Part shown: positions 1-7,734 of the stretch, one piece after another
Numbering within the stretch: position 1 is the first letter of the stretch
Layout: the number at the start of each line of letters is the position of its first letter
From: an uncultured virus (IMG/VR IMGVR_UViG_3300046463_000793)
Taxonomy: Duplodnaviria > Heunggongvirae > Uroviricota > Caudoviricetes
Length of the DNA stretch: 20,000 bases
Direction: 5' to 3' (one strand)
Virus record (IMG/VR): IMGVR_UViG_3300046463_000793
Made by a program: the position numbers and the translations under genes
Notes under the pieces: generated by a model
The model's input: only the letters and a program-made list of their open reading frames with translations
Told to the model about the DNA's origin: nothing
Database searches by the model: none

Positions 1-18
1 TCGGCTCTCGCAAAATGT

Positions 19-663
19 GTGCAAGCCGGCCGGGGTGCTGCTAGGACGCGCCTCCAGGCCTGTCCGCCTGGGGAGCAGCGATTGCCCGCCCGCACCCGTG
101 CCCGCCGCCTAGCGCTGCCACAGCTCGCCGGTGAGCCGATTCCAGCGCATGCCATGCCGGCGACGTGGCGCGACCCGGATGATACCGCGCCGACGGCGCG
201 TAGGACCCCCCGTGAGATCGCCGGCTGGCGCCGCTATGACGCGTTGCGCCGGATGTTCGGCGATCCCCGCTCCGGCATCACCGCGCAGCACATCATGGCC
301 GCCGACACGCTGCGCGAGCTGGTCGATCTGGCCACCCTCGGCTACGCCGCCGATCGGCCGCTGATCTACGTGGCGCAGAACGCGCAACCGCGGTTCGGCA
401 TGGGTCCGGCCGCGCTTGCCCAGGTGAAAGCCGCGCGCGCGGTGAAGCGGGTGACCGCGCTGTTCCCACCGCTGCAGCTGGCGATGATCCAGGCGATCAT
501 TTTGCGCAATGTGTCGGTGCGCGCGTGGACCACCGCGCTGCCGCCGCCGGCGTCGCAGGCGGTGGAGAAGGGCAAGCTGCTGGCCATCCTGGAGATTCTG
601 GTGCAGCATTTCGCGGTCGAGGTCGAGGACGATCTGGCCAGGGGCAGGCGACTGCCGCCGTGA
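19..663 (+). CDS. Hypothetical phage protein, possibly DUF6456-like late regulator; start uncertain
   Basis: High-GC codon usage. The WRDPDD...GWRRYDAL...ITAQHIMAAD pattern and helical C-terminus recall alphaproteobacterial prophage DUF6456-type proteins. The frame is open back to base 1. Confidence 0.6.
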   Translation: MQAGRGAARTRLQACPPGEQRLPARTRARRLALPQLAGEPIPAHAMPATWRDPDDTAPTARRTPREIAGWRRYDALRRMFGDPRSGITAQHIMAADTLRELVDLATLGYAADRPLIYVAQNAQPRFGMGPAALAQVKAARAVKRVTALFPPLQLAMIQAIILRNVSVRAWTTALPPPASQAVEKGKLLAILEILVQHFAVEVEDDLARGRRLPP

Positions 664-681
664 CACTAGGGGAGACCACCC

Positions 682-1155
682 ATGAGTGACGATACAAACG
701 TATCTACAGAGACGGTAGAGACAGACGCACATACAGAACGGGAGCTGCGGCGATTAGGGATACCGCGGGCGACCGATGATCTGCGGCGCGTGCAGTTCTA
801 CCACAAGGGCTTGTTCTACGACACCGAAAACGCCGATGTGCTGTTCCACTGGGATCAGGACGATTGGAGCGGGCCACCTGACGAAAGCTACGTTCTGCGC
901 GGCGATGTCACCGAGACGCTGTATCGCATCAAGCCGCCGAAGAAGAACTGGTATAACATGCCCGCGGTGGAGGCGTATCTGCTGGTGCGGTATAATACGC
1001 ACATCGACTGGGACGATGACTTCAAGCCGGTCGAGGTCTATTCCCGCGAACAAGCGATCGACTGGGCGTGCGAGCGTTGCCAACATCGGGTGCAGGCGCT
1101 GTTCGGTAAATTACCCGCACCCGGTCAGGCGCCAGCGTATACACGAATATGGTGA
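682..1155 (+). CDS. Hypothetical phage protein (157 aa)
   Basis: GGGGAG RBS before ATG; FYDTENA...ETLYR...EQAIDW pattern recalls a common small phage family. Confidence 0.75.
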   Translation: MSDDTNVSTETVETDAHTERELRRLGIPRATDDLRRVQFYHKGLFYDTENADVLFHWDQDDWSGPPDESYVLRGDVTETLYRIKPPKKNWYNMPAVEAYLLVRYNTHIDWDDDFKPVEVYSREQAIDWACERCQHRVQALFGKLPAPGQAPAYTRIW

Positions 1156-1156
1156 C

Positions 1157-1399
1157 ATGACCTATCCGGAGCTCCGCAAGCAGCTGCGTGCTGCCGGCTT
1201 CATCAACCACGAGATAGCCGCGCTGCATCACGGCTACCTCGTGGTGCACGCCATGGGGATCCCCGACGCGGATCTGGTGTTTGACCGCGACCACGGTCTG
1301 CTGGTGCATCAGCGCTCGCGGCCGTTACTGGAAAAATACCAAGGCGCCCAGGCGGTGGTCGACTGCGACAACCACACCGCGGTGATCCGTCCGGTATGA
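1157..1399 (+). CDS. Hypothetical protein (80 aa, MTYPELRKQL...)
   Basis: ATG 1 nt after the upstream TGA; stop overlaps the next ATG (ATGA). The longer 776 start is rejected because it overlaps the upstream gene. Confidence 0.7.
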   Translation: MTYPELRKQLRAAGFINHEIAALHHGYLVVHAMGIPDADLVFDRDHGLLVHQRSRPLLEKYQGAQAVVDCDNHTAVIRPV

Positions 1400-1746
1400 G
1401 CGAGCTGCTTGATCGACCGTTGGTGGAGGCGCGACTGCCGACCCGGTTGTTCACGTGCATGAACACCGAGGGCTGCGAGACGTTGCGCGATGTGGTGGCC
1501 AAGACCGAGCAGGAGCTGCGGCGGATTCCGGGGTTCGGCAAGACTTCATTGAACCTGTTGAAGCAGATTCTGGCGGACCTCGGCCTCGAGCTGGCCAACC
1601 GGCCGGCGAAGGACGGCACGCTGCCGCTGCCGTTCCCGTCGCTGCACGAACGGCTGACCCGGATCGAACAACGGCTCGATGCGCTCGAGCGGCATCCGCT
1701 GCTGCGTGAGGTAGGCCAGATGGGGAGATCTCAGGGGGAAGGGTGA
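1396..1746 (+). CDS. Stand-alone RNA polymerase alpha subunit C-terminal domain (alpha-CTD)-like protein with short coiled-coil tail
   Basis: LLDRPLVEARLPTRLFTCMNTEGCETLRDVVAKTEQELRRIPGFGKTSLNLLKQILADLGLEL aligns by eye with RpoA CTD (LLRPVDDLELTVRSANCL...[26 protein letters not shown]..L...GL.L). Confidence 0.88.
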   Translation: MSELLDRPLVEARLPTRLFTCMNTEGCETLRDVVAKTEQELRRIPGFGKTSLNLLKQILADLGLELANRPAKDGTLPLPFPSLHERLTRIEQRLDALERHPLLREVGQMGRSQGEG

Positions 1747-2366
1747 GATACCTCCGCGCCCCGCAATGGCCGCTCACGACGTTGTTGCCATGGTGGAAGG
1801 GCGACTACACCGACATTCGCGACCGCCTCCATGCCCACGGCTACCTGGAGATTGCGGAATCCGGGATCTGGACGCGGAAGCCGGACGAGTCGGAGTGTGA
1901 CCGCTTCAGCGCGCAAGCCTGGAAGTATGACGCCGAGAAGCTGGCGGAGGTGCGCCGGCGCGGCACGCCGACCACCCTGGCGGAGCGCGAGCGCGCCCGG
2001 GCGGCGGAGGCCGAGCTGGAGCGGCAGCGCGCCGAGCAGGCCGCAGCAGACCGGGCCGCGGCGGAGGCGGCGCTGGCAGCCGCGGAGGCGGCGCTGGTGG
2101 AGCTGGCGGCGATGGCGGAGCAGCGTCGGCTGGCGGCTGCGGCGCTGGCCGGCAAGGAGGCCGAGGAGCGCAAGCAGCGCGAGCAGGCGGCGTCGCGGCT
2201 GTTCTGGTCAAACCGCAACCCGGCGTACGCGACCGAGCGGTTCCACTCCGTGCCGATCGCCACCACCGGCAAGGTCGCCGGCGCCACGCTGGAAGCGGGC
2301 AAAACCTACTACTTGCCCGAATCGGTGAGGGACCAGATCGTGGCCAACAGCAAGGCGAGTCGCTAA
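1743..2366 (+). CDS. Hypothetical protein with Ala/Glu/Arg coiled-coil centre (207 aa)
   Basis: GTGA overlap with the previous stop, purine-rich RBS, typical codon usage. Confidence 0.75.
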   Translation: MRYLRAPQWPLTTLLPWWKGDYTDIRDRLHAHGYLEIAESGIWTRKPDESECDRFSAQAWKYDAEKLAEVRRRGTPTTLAERERARAAEAELERQRAEQAAADRAAAEAALAAAEAALVELAAMAEQRRLAAAALAGKEAEERKQREQAASRLFWSNRNPAYATERFHSVPIATTGKVAGATLEAGKTYYLPESVRDQIVANSKASR

Positions 2367-2388
2367 CACCCCCGAGGGAGTCGAGCTC

Positions 2389-2610
2389 ATGTCAGCGCTG
2401 GAAGACGACGAAGACGCGCCGATGACGCCGGCGGCGATCGCCGCATGGTGGGACCGTTGGGGGCTCGATCACAGAGCCGCGGCACAGCAGCGCCGGGCCG
2501 ACTATGCGGTGCAGAAAGCCGCCGCCGACGCGGTGATGCGGGCGATTGTTCCCGTTGTGTCCCCAGATGGAACGGGTCACAAAATACCGAAGGTCGGCCA
2601 GCGTTCGTGA
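2389..2610 (+). CDS. Hypothetical protein (73 aa)
   Basis: GAGGGAG RBS upstream of ATG; continues the rightward run. Confidence 0.65.
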   Translation: MSALEDDEDAPMTPAAIAAWWDRWGLDHRAAAQQRRADYAVQKAAADAVMRAIVPVVSPDGTGHKIPKVGQRS

Positions 2611-2639
2611 TTCGTTGCCGGACATTCTGACCGACAAAG

Positions 2640-2655
2640 TGTCAGGTGCCTGACA
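2640..2655. promoter_or_regulatory. Perfect palindrome TGTCAGG-TG-CCTGACA, possible operator
   Basis: 7-bp inverted repeat with 2-bp spacer in an intergenic region; function is inferred. Confidence 0.35.
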
Positions 2656-2694
2656 TAAGAACGGGCGGCATCTCGTGGGAGAGAGTGCCGCCCG
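2655..2694 (-). terminator. Intrinsic terminator-like hairpin, U-rich tail on the minus strand
   Basis: Minus strand reads CGGGCGGCA-C-TCTC-TCCCAC-GAGA-TGCCGCCCG-TTCTTAT (9+4 bp stem with one bulge). Confidence 0.55.
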
Positions 2695-2745
2695 CCCGCC
2701 TGCCTAGCGATCATGGGATTCCGCAGAAACATGACCACGCGACGG
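2655..2745 (-). ncRNA. Candidate small RNA of about 90 nt with two hairpins
   Basis: Minus-strand TTGACG (2778-2773) upstream; stem GUGGUCAUG/CAUGAUCGC pairs fully only on the minus strand; inner cUGCGg loop; terminator at the 3' end. Confidence 0.35.
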
Positions 2746-2748
2746 CGC

Positions 2749-2830
2749 ATATTTGGTGGCTTCGTTCCCCTACGTCAAACCACCTGTGGTGGCTAAAGTA
2801 TTGACGTAGTGCGATTCATGCTCGTAGCGT
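2749..2830. promoter_or_regulatory. Back-to-back sigma70-like promoters formed by inverted repeat CTACGTCAA...TTGACGTAG
   Basis: 9-bp inverted repeat at 2770-2778 and 2801-2809 supplies TTGACG on each strand. Plus: TTGACG-N18-TAGCGT. Minus: TTGACG-N17-CAAATA or N18-AAATAT. Confidence 0.45.
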
Positions 2831-2871
2831 CCGCGCCACGCTCTGTGAATTGTGTCCGGAGTATCCCCCGC

Positions 2872-3090
2872 ATGGACAATGTTACGGCCCTGGCGCCGGT
2901 GCGCACGCGCGCCGAGATCCTGCGCGAGCAGCGCTCGACCAGCGCGCGCGGTGATAAAATGCAGCAGGCGATCAACGGCATTTATAACCAGCTCGATCTG
3001 GCCGGCCTCCGCCCGGTGGAGCGGTTGGCCGTGCTGTGCAGTGTGCTGCAAGAGGAAAACCACAGCGCCGGTGCTGGTCTGCCGCCGTGA
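2872..3090 (+). CDS. Hypothetical protein (72 aa, MDNVTALAPV...)
   Basis: GGAG upstream of ATG; stop overlaps the GTG of the next gene. Confidence 0.65.
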   Translation: MDNVTALAPVRTRAEILREQRSTSARGDKMQQAINGIYNQLDLAGLRPVERLAVLCSVLQEENHSAGAGLPP

Positions 3091-3542
3091 CCGCGCCCGC
3101 GCCGCAGATCGAGTGGACCGAGCAGCAGGACGCCCAGCTGCGGCAATGGCGCAGCGAGGCGGTGAGCTACAAGCTGTGCGGCGAGAAGCTTGGCGGCATC
3201 TCCTCCGGCGCGGTGGCCCGCCGCTGCAAGGCCCTCGGGCTGCCGATCGTCAATGCGCCGCCGGACATGCGCCCCAGGCCGCCGCCGGCAGAGCCGAAGC
3301 GCGACCACCACGCGCAGCCGCTGAAGGACAACGCGGTGACCCTGGCCGTGCTGCCGTCGCTGCATCACCCGCTGCCCGGCTATGTCGCGTGCGCGCCGGA
3401 CGGCACCGCGATTCCCGCGACGCTCCGTCCGACCGCCGATGAGGCGTGGCGTGCCGCGGGAGCGGACTATCAGCTCCACCGCGGCTGGCATGTCTGCCGC
3501 TGCATGGTGTTGTTGGCGGAGCGGCTGGACGACAGCGACTAG
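3087..3542 (+). CDS. GcrA-like HTH transcriptional regulator (151 aa)
   Basis: WTEQQDAQLRQWRSEAVSYKLCGEKLGGISSGAVARRCKALGL matches the GcrA N-terminal pattern WT.E....L......G.S...IA..LGG.SRNAV.GK..RLGL, followed by a Pro-rich linker. Confidence 0.75.
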   Translation: MTAPAPQIEWTEQQDAQLRQWRSEAVSYKLCGEKLGGISSGAVARRCKALGLPIVNAPPDMRPRPPPAEPKRDHHAQPLKDNAVTLAVLPSLHHPLPGYVACAPDGTAIPATLRPTADEAWRAAGADYQLHRGWHVCRCMVLLAERLDDSD

Positions 3543-3609
3543 GTGGACGCGACCAGCCTTAGCTTTATCAAGATTTCAGCCGGACAGGCATTGCCCGAGA
3601 CTGCCGCCG

Positions 3610-3732
3610 TCATATGTCCGCCACGAAAGCCCCGACCGCTTCGGTGACGTTTGGGGCACGGTGGTCAGTGAGAGGCTGGTCATGTCGCCATGCGCGTCCG
3701 TCATGTGCAAGGAGTCCGGCGCCCCAACTCAC
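3610..3732 (-). CDS. Possible 40-aa protein (MSWGAGLLAHDG...)
   Basis: GTG overlaps the stop of 3729-4016 (GTGA) with GAGG upstream. Short and overlaps a hairpin, so uncertain. Confidence 0.3.
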   Translation of the reverse strand: MSWGAGLLAHDGRAWRHDQPLTDHRAPNVTEAVGAFVADI

Positions 3733-4016
3733 GCGTCATCCTCGCGCTGTTGGGCGGCCTCGGCAAGCTGCATCGCGATGCGCCCGACAATGGCGACGGT
3801 GATCAACCCGGGCACATCCAGCAGCTCGATCAGCCGTGCCAGGAAGGTGGCGATCACCATGTGCACGGTGGCATTGCCGAACCCCGTGAACAGCGCGTCG
3901 ATCTGTTCGTAAAGCTTATCGATCGCGGCGTCGTCGCTGGCTTCGGCGATCCGCAGCACCCAGCGGTCGAGATCCGCCATCGGGATCTCGATCTGGAACA
4001 TCTCATCGGTCATCAC
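3729..4016 (-). CDS. Hypothetical protein (95 aa)
   Basis: Coupled start/stop overlap with the upstream gene; coding-like codon usage. Confidence 0.75.
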   Translation of the reverse strand: MMTDEMFQIEIPMADLDRWVLRIAEASDDAAIDKLYEQIDALFTGFGNATVHMVIATFLARLIELLDVPGLITVAIVGRIAMQLAEAAQQREDDA

Positions 4017-4258
4017 GCCCGGCCCGCGTCGCGCACCCGCTTGCCGTCTTCGGTCAGCGCCAGGATGTTGTCGCCGGCCTCCAGGTCAGCCTCGGCGACG
4101 GCCGCTTCCACTTCGGTGGCGGCGCGCCACTCGGTCAGCCCGGTGGCCTCCAGCATGGTCTCCAGGTCGGCCTGATCAATACCCATGCCTTCGGTGAAGG
4201 CTTGCCACACACCCACAAACAGCACGGCGAGGCCGTGCTCGATCTCATCATCGTTCAT
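4013..4258 (-). CDS. Hypothetical acidic protein (81 aa, MNDDEIEHG...)
   Basis: TGATG overlap with the upstream stop; GAGG RBS. Confidence 0.75.
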   Translation of the reverse strand: MNDDEIEHGLAVLFVGVWQAFTEGMGIDQADLETMLEATGLTEWRAATEVEAAVAEADLEAGDNILALTEDGKRVRDAGRA

Positions 4259-4524
4259 CACCAGAACCTCTGATCTGCTTCCATCTGGCGCAGGATCAAC
4301 CACAACAGCATGCGTGCGTTCCCGTCGCTGTAGGCCTTGCCGGTGGCCATCGCCTCGCGTAGCGCCTCGACGCTGCCTTCCCACTTGCCGTCAGCGTGCA
4401 GCGTGATGGTGCAGTCACCAAGGTGGACGGTGAACGGAAACCACGGCGGTATGTTCAGCGTGAATGTGCTGGTGACGGTTTCGCCGCTCGGGATCGGCAC
4501 GAACTTGATCTCTTCATCGCTCAT
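4258..4524 (-). CDS. Hypothetical protein (88 aa, MSDEEIKF...)
   Basis: GAGGG RBS before the ATG at 4524; alternative ATG at 4539. Confidence 0.7.
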   Translation of the reverse strand: MSDEEIKFVPIPSGETVTSTFTLNIPPWFPFTVHLGDCTITLHADGKWEGSVEALREAMATGKAYSDGNARMLLWLILRQMEADQRFW

Positions 4525-4560
4525 GGTTTGGTCCCTCATATTGTGACCGCATTCGTTGCA

Positions 4561-5205
4561 TCATCGCTCCATGCACTCGCTCCTCTCCATACCGCCGCTA
4601 ATGTAACGGTCGCAGGTTACGATCTGGCCGTCGATGACATACGTGTCAGTCCACACGCCGAATTCCTTACGCAACTGCTGTGTGGTCTTGCCGGCGATCC
4701 GGCGGTTCATCGCGGCCGTGGCCGGATCAACGGGCGCCAGCATAGCGCGGAGCTCGGTCTGCCGCTGTGCCGCGGCTGCCGCCTGGAGCTCCGCCGCTGA
4801 AGCGACCGGCGCCGGTTTAGGATCCGGTGTAAAGGACCCGACAGTTAGCCCATCCAGCGCCCCGGCGCAGCCGCCGAGCAGGCTGAGCAACCCAACGATC
4901 AGCAGCAGGATGATCAGCCCGCGGAGGAGCCGATGGGCATACGATTCCAGTTGCGGCGGTGGCGGTGGCGACGGCTGCTGCGGCGGCTGCCCGCGTCGGT
5001 CTATAAATTCGATCTCGATCCGGACGCGGGGACTTCCTCCCCCTCGCTCGGGCGGGGTTGGGGGCGGCGAGGTTAGCGTCGCTCCCTTCCGCAGTTTCCG
5101 TTGTGCGCTGAAACCCTCCCAGAACGCCGCCGGTTCGTTGCGCAACATGTCACGCGGCGCGTCCTTACGGATCGGTTTGAGGAGGTAATCAAATTCGCCA
5201 GTCAT
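4561..5205 (-). CDS. Membrane-anchored hypothetical protein with an internal lipobox-like motif
   Basis: Pro-rich N-terminal part, then RLLRGLIILLLIVGLLSLLGGC (hydrophobic helix ending in LGGC); GGAG RBS; ATGA overlap. Confidence 0.7.
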   Translation of the reverse strand: MTGEFDYLLKPIRKDAPRDMLRNEPAAFWEGFSAQRKLRKGATLTSPPPTPPERGGGSPRVRIEIEFIDRRGQPPQQPSPPPPPQLESYAHRLLRGLIILLLIVGLLSLLGGCAGALDGLTVGSFTPDPKPAPVASAAELQAAAAAQRQTELRAMLAPVDPATAAMNRRIAGKTTQQLRKEFGVWTDTYVIDGQIVTCDRYISGGMERSECMER

Positions 5206-5423
5206 CTTGAATCTCTCCTATATGTGGCCTGGAACGTGGCAAACTCTTCCCGGATGCTCTCCCACGCATCTGGATCGCAATGGGGTTCTAATTTAGCAAG
5301 CACGTAGGCAGCACCATAGGTGAACACCGATTTGCCCATGGGGCTATCGATGAACAGACTGCCAGCGCCACATTTGCTGAGGATGTCCCGCCACGCTTCG
5401 TTGGCGCTGTTGCTTTCGCTCAT
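5202..5423 (-). CDS. Hypothetical protein (73 aa, MSESNSANE...)
   Basis: GGAG RBS; ATGA overlaps at both ends. Confidence 0.7.
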   Translation of the reverse strand: MSESNSANEAWRDILSKCGAGSLFIDSPMGKSVFTYGAAYVLAKLEPHCDPDAWESIREEFATFQATYRRDSR

Positions 5424-6028
5424 TGCAGCGTCTCCGGTTTGAGCTGCATGCTCTGCAGATCGATGCCGTGCTTCTTGCAGAACGCTTCGATCAGGACTTG
5501 CGCCGCCGCGCGGATATCGGGCGTCGTCTCCACCGGGCACAACAGGTCGGTCATGGTGCCGCCAAATTCTTGGTCAACTGCCTCCCGCTCAATCACCTCG
5601 GTCAGCGTGCCGTCGACAGTGCGCATCATGTCGAGCGTGCTGACCAGCGAGTGCCGCTCGTTGTTCTCGCGATAGGTCAGCGACACGATCAACACCTCGG
5701 TGCGGTCCTCCGCCTCGGCCGGTCGCACCGCGTCGATGCGCGCCTGATGCTCGGCCTCGGTCTCGCGGGGATGCCGCATCACCGCGCGGCTCCAGGCCTC
5801 CGAGATGAAGCTAATGGCGGTGGCATTGGCGGCGAGTGCCATCAGCCCGACCATCTGTTGGGCGCGGCGCTTCTCGGTGTCATCGGCCCAGCCGGCGCCG
5901 ACGATCCTGACCTCGTCTGGGCAGTGCAGGATGAACATCGGCATCAGGCTGCCTTGTTTGAGCAACGCAGTGCGGGCGAAGTCGACGTCGCGCTTGAGCT
6001 GGTCTTGCCAGTCGATGGGCTTGGTCAT
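5420..6028 (-). CDS. Hypothetical protein (202 aa, MTKPIDWQ...)
   Basis: GGAGG RBS; ATGA overlap; globular alpha/beta-like composition. Confidence 0.8.
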   Translation of the reverse strand: MTKPIDWQDQLKRDVDFARTALLKQGSLMPMFILHCPDEVRIVGAGWADDTEKRRAQQMVGLMALAANATAISFISEAWSRAVMRHPRETEAEHQARIDAVRPAEAEDRTEVLIVSLTYRENNERHSLVSTLDMMRTVDGTLTEVIEREAVDQEFGGTMTDLLCPVETTPDIRAAAQVLIEAFCKKHGIDLQSMQLKPETLQ

Positions 6029-6498
6029 GGCGCGTCCTCCCGTGCGGTGTAGGCCTTGCAGTTGTCGCACCAACCGTTGCGAATATCGTTCAAATTCCAG
6101 CTAGTCTTGTTGCAGCGCGGGCAGGTGATGTTGATCGGGATATGATCACTGCCCGCGTCTGGATCAGTGGGCGCGTCGCGCATCACCCAGCTCGCCGGTG
6201 GGATCAGCGACGCCCGCAGCAACACTACGCTGACCGTGGTCACCTGGGTGTCGATCTCGAGCACCCGCTTGACGGTGTCGAGATGCGGCATGGCGTCGAT
6301 CGGCGCGAACGCGTAAAGCTCACGCGCGGCGTGACGCAAGCACGCGACGTATTCGGTGTTGCCCATCCTGCGCGCCGAACAGATCAGCTCGGCATAGGCG
6401 CGGCAGACTTCGATGATGTTATGATCGATCATAGCTGAATCCCTTTGCAGTTGCTCCAGCATCTTGCCGACTGGACCTTTTGGTGTGAGGTCGGTCAT
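6025..6498 (-). CDS. Hypothetical protein with C-terminal Cys4 zinc-ribbon motif
   Basis: ITCPRCNKTSWNLNDIRNGWCDNC; ATGA coupling. Confidence 0.75.
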   Translation of the reverse strand: MTDLTPKGPVGKMLEQLQRDSAMIDHNIIEVCRAYAELICSARRMGNTEYVACLRHAARELYAFAPIDAMPHLDTVKRVLEIDTQVTTVSVVLLRASLIPPASWVMRDAPTDPDAGSDHIPINITCPRCNKTSWNLNDIRNGWCDNCKAYTAREDAP

Positions 6499-6707
6499 AG
6501 CTGGATCCCTTTGCGGTCGTGTTGCAGCAGATCCAGCGCCAACACGACGGTGGGGTTGGTATTGTTCGCCGCGTTGTCCATTGCGATCAGCAGTTGCTCG
6601 GCTTCGTTGAGCTCAACCGATGTATATACAGGTGACACTACGACCAGATAATGGTTGACGGTGGCGACGTGGAGATAGGCCTCGACGATGTCCTTGGGGT
6701 CGGTCAT
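6495..6707 (-). CDS. Hypothetical protein (70 aa, MTDPKDIV...)
   Basis: AAGGA RBS; ATGA overlaps. Confidence 0.7.
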   Translation of the reverse strand: MTDPKDIVEAYLHVATVNHYLVVVSPVYTSVELNEAEQLLIAMDNAANNTNPTVVLALDLLQHDRKGIQL

Positions 6708-6988
6708 GGGGTTTTCCTTTGCTTGGCGCGGGACTTGCGTTTGGCTTCCGCGTTCTTGTTGGTCGAATAGACGTGCGGTGCCCGCCAATGCTGCGGTGGT
6801 GGTGGTTCCGGATATTTGCCGCGCACCTCGACGCAATCCTCGAGCCAGTCGGCGACCGGCTGCGGCACCGGTCGCTCACCCAGTGACCAGTGCCGCGTTG
6901 CGCCAGGACTGCAGCCTAACACCCGCGCCAGATCGCGCCGCGACAGCCGCATGGTGTGCAGGCATTCCTGAAACCGTTTCGGTGTCAT
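6704..6988 (-). CDS. XRE/Cro-like helix-turn-helix protein (94 aa)
   Basis: MTPKRFQECLHTMRLSRRDLARVLGCSPGATRHWSLGERPVP is an HTH pattern; basic C-terminal tail. Confidence 0.8.
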   Translation of the reverse strand: MTPKRFQECLHTMRLSRRDLARVLGCSPGATRHWSLGERPVPQPVADWLEDCVEVRGKYPEPPPPQHWRAPHVYSTNKNAEAKRKSRAKQRKTP

Positions 6989-7080
6989 CAGTCGTCGTCG
7001 TTGGTCAGTAGCGCGACCAGCACGGTGGCCAGCAGCGCGGCCAGCAGTGGCGCGACCAGGGTGAACGACCAATAGAGCAT
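6988..7080 (-). CDS. 30-aa single-pass membrane peptide MLYWSFTLVAPLLAALLATVLVALLTNDDD
   Basis: Not in the ORF track. GGAGGTGG RBS; TGATG overlaps at both ends exactly fill the gap between neighbours. Confidence 0.75.
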   Translation of the reverse strand: MLYWSFTLVAPLLAALLATVLVALLTNDDD

Positions 7081-7292
7081 CACCACCTCCATTCCGGCGG
7101 CAGATCGTTATAGAGCTCTTCGCAGATCCTATCGCAGTGCAGTGCGTCGCCGATGTCGCCGAGTATGCGGGCGCGCATGGCACGCTCGCGGCAGGCACAA
7201 TAGCGCGCCAGCCGCTTCAGATTGCGCGCCAGGGGTCCGAGGTCCTCGACCACCATGGCGTCCGGGTTCAGGTAGGCCAGGGGGTGGGTCAT
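7080..7292 (-). CDS. Hypothetical protein (70 aa)
   Basis: Coupled overlaps on both sides. Confidence 0.75.
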   Translation of the reverse strand: MTHPLAYLNPDAMVVEDLGPLARNLKRLARYCACRERAMRARILGDIGDALHCDRICEELYNDLPPEWRW

Positions 7293-7510
7293 GGGTTGTT
7301 ATCCATGGCCACCCGGGTGCGCCGGGCCAGCCCCTGCCCGGTCACCATCCGCAGAGCGCGCGCCAGGGCCTCGGGCCACTCAATGGTCTTGGAGGCCACC
7401 CAACGGCCGTCGAGGCGCCACTCGCCGCCGTGCTGCGCCAGCCAGTAGTGTTTGCCGTCGAGCTCGATACCGAAGCCGAAGCTCGACTCCGCGGTGATGG
7501 TGAGGTTCAT
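7289..7510 (-). CDS. Hypothetical protein (73 aa, MNLTITAESS...)
   Basis: GGAGG RBS; ATGA overlaps. Confidence 0.7.
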   Translation of the reverse strand: MNLTITAESSFGFGIELDGKHYWLAQHGGEWRLDGRWVASKTIEWPEALARALRMVTGQGLARRTRVAMDNNP

Positions 7511-7734
7511 GGCTCGAGCTCCTCCCGCCCGGCCAGCCGCAGCGCCTCGGCGCTGATCGACTCCTGATCGGTGGCGTCGGGCAGTCCCACGAGGCGGGCG
7601 TAGCCGATCGCCATCGAGAAGCCGCACAGGAAGGCCGCTGACGGCCCGGCCAGCGGGTTGGCTTCGCTGTAACGAGCCAGGGCCATGCGCGCGAAGCGCA
7701 GCGCCTCTGGGGTGAAGTCTTTGCGCTTGGTCAT
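7507..7734 (-). CDS. Hypothetical protein (75 aa, MTKRKDF...)
   Basis: GGAGGAGGT RBS; TGATG overlap. Confidence 0.75.
   Translation of the reverse strand: MTKRKDFTPEALRFARMALARYSEANPLAGPSAAFLCGFSMAIGYARLVGLPDATDQESISAEALRLAGREELEP

Noticed and set aside
1396..1746. Host rpoA pseudogene fragment
   Set aside because: The ORF is intact and coupled to both neighbours, has its own coiled-coil tail, and has no ribosomal-operon context.
1990..2190. GCGGCGGAGGCG-type tandem repeats
   Set aside because: Explained by Ala/Glu coiled-coil coding.
3539..3613. 24-aa minus-strand ORF MTAAVSGNAC...
   Set aside because: It has an ATGA overlap but is very short, has a weak RBS and has no other support.
3620..3665. 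Ribozyme or defined ncRNA in the imperfect hairpin CCAC-GAAAGCCCC...GGGGC-ACG-GTGG
   Set aside because: No hammerhead CUGANGA core and no U tail. It may only be a pause or termination structure between convergent operons.
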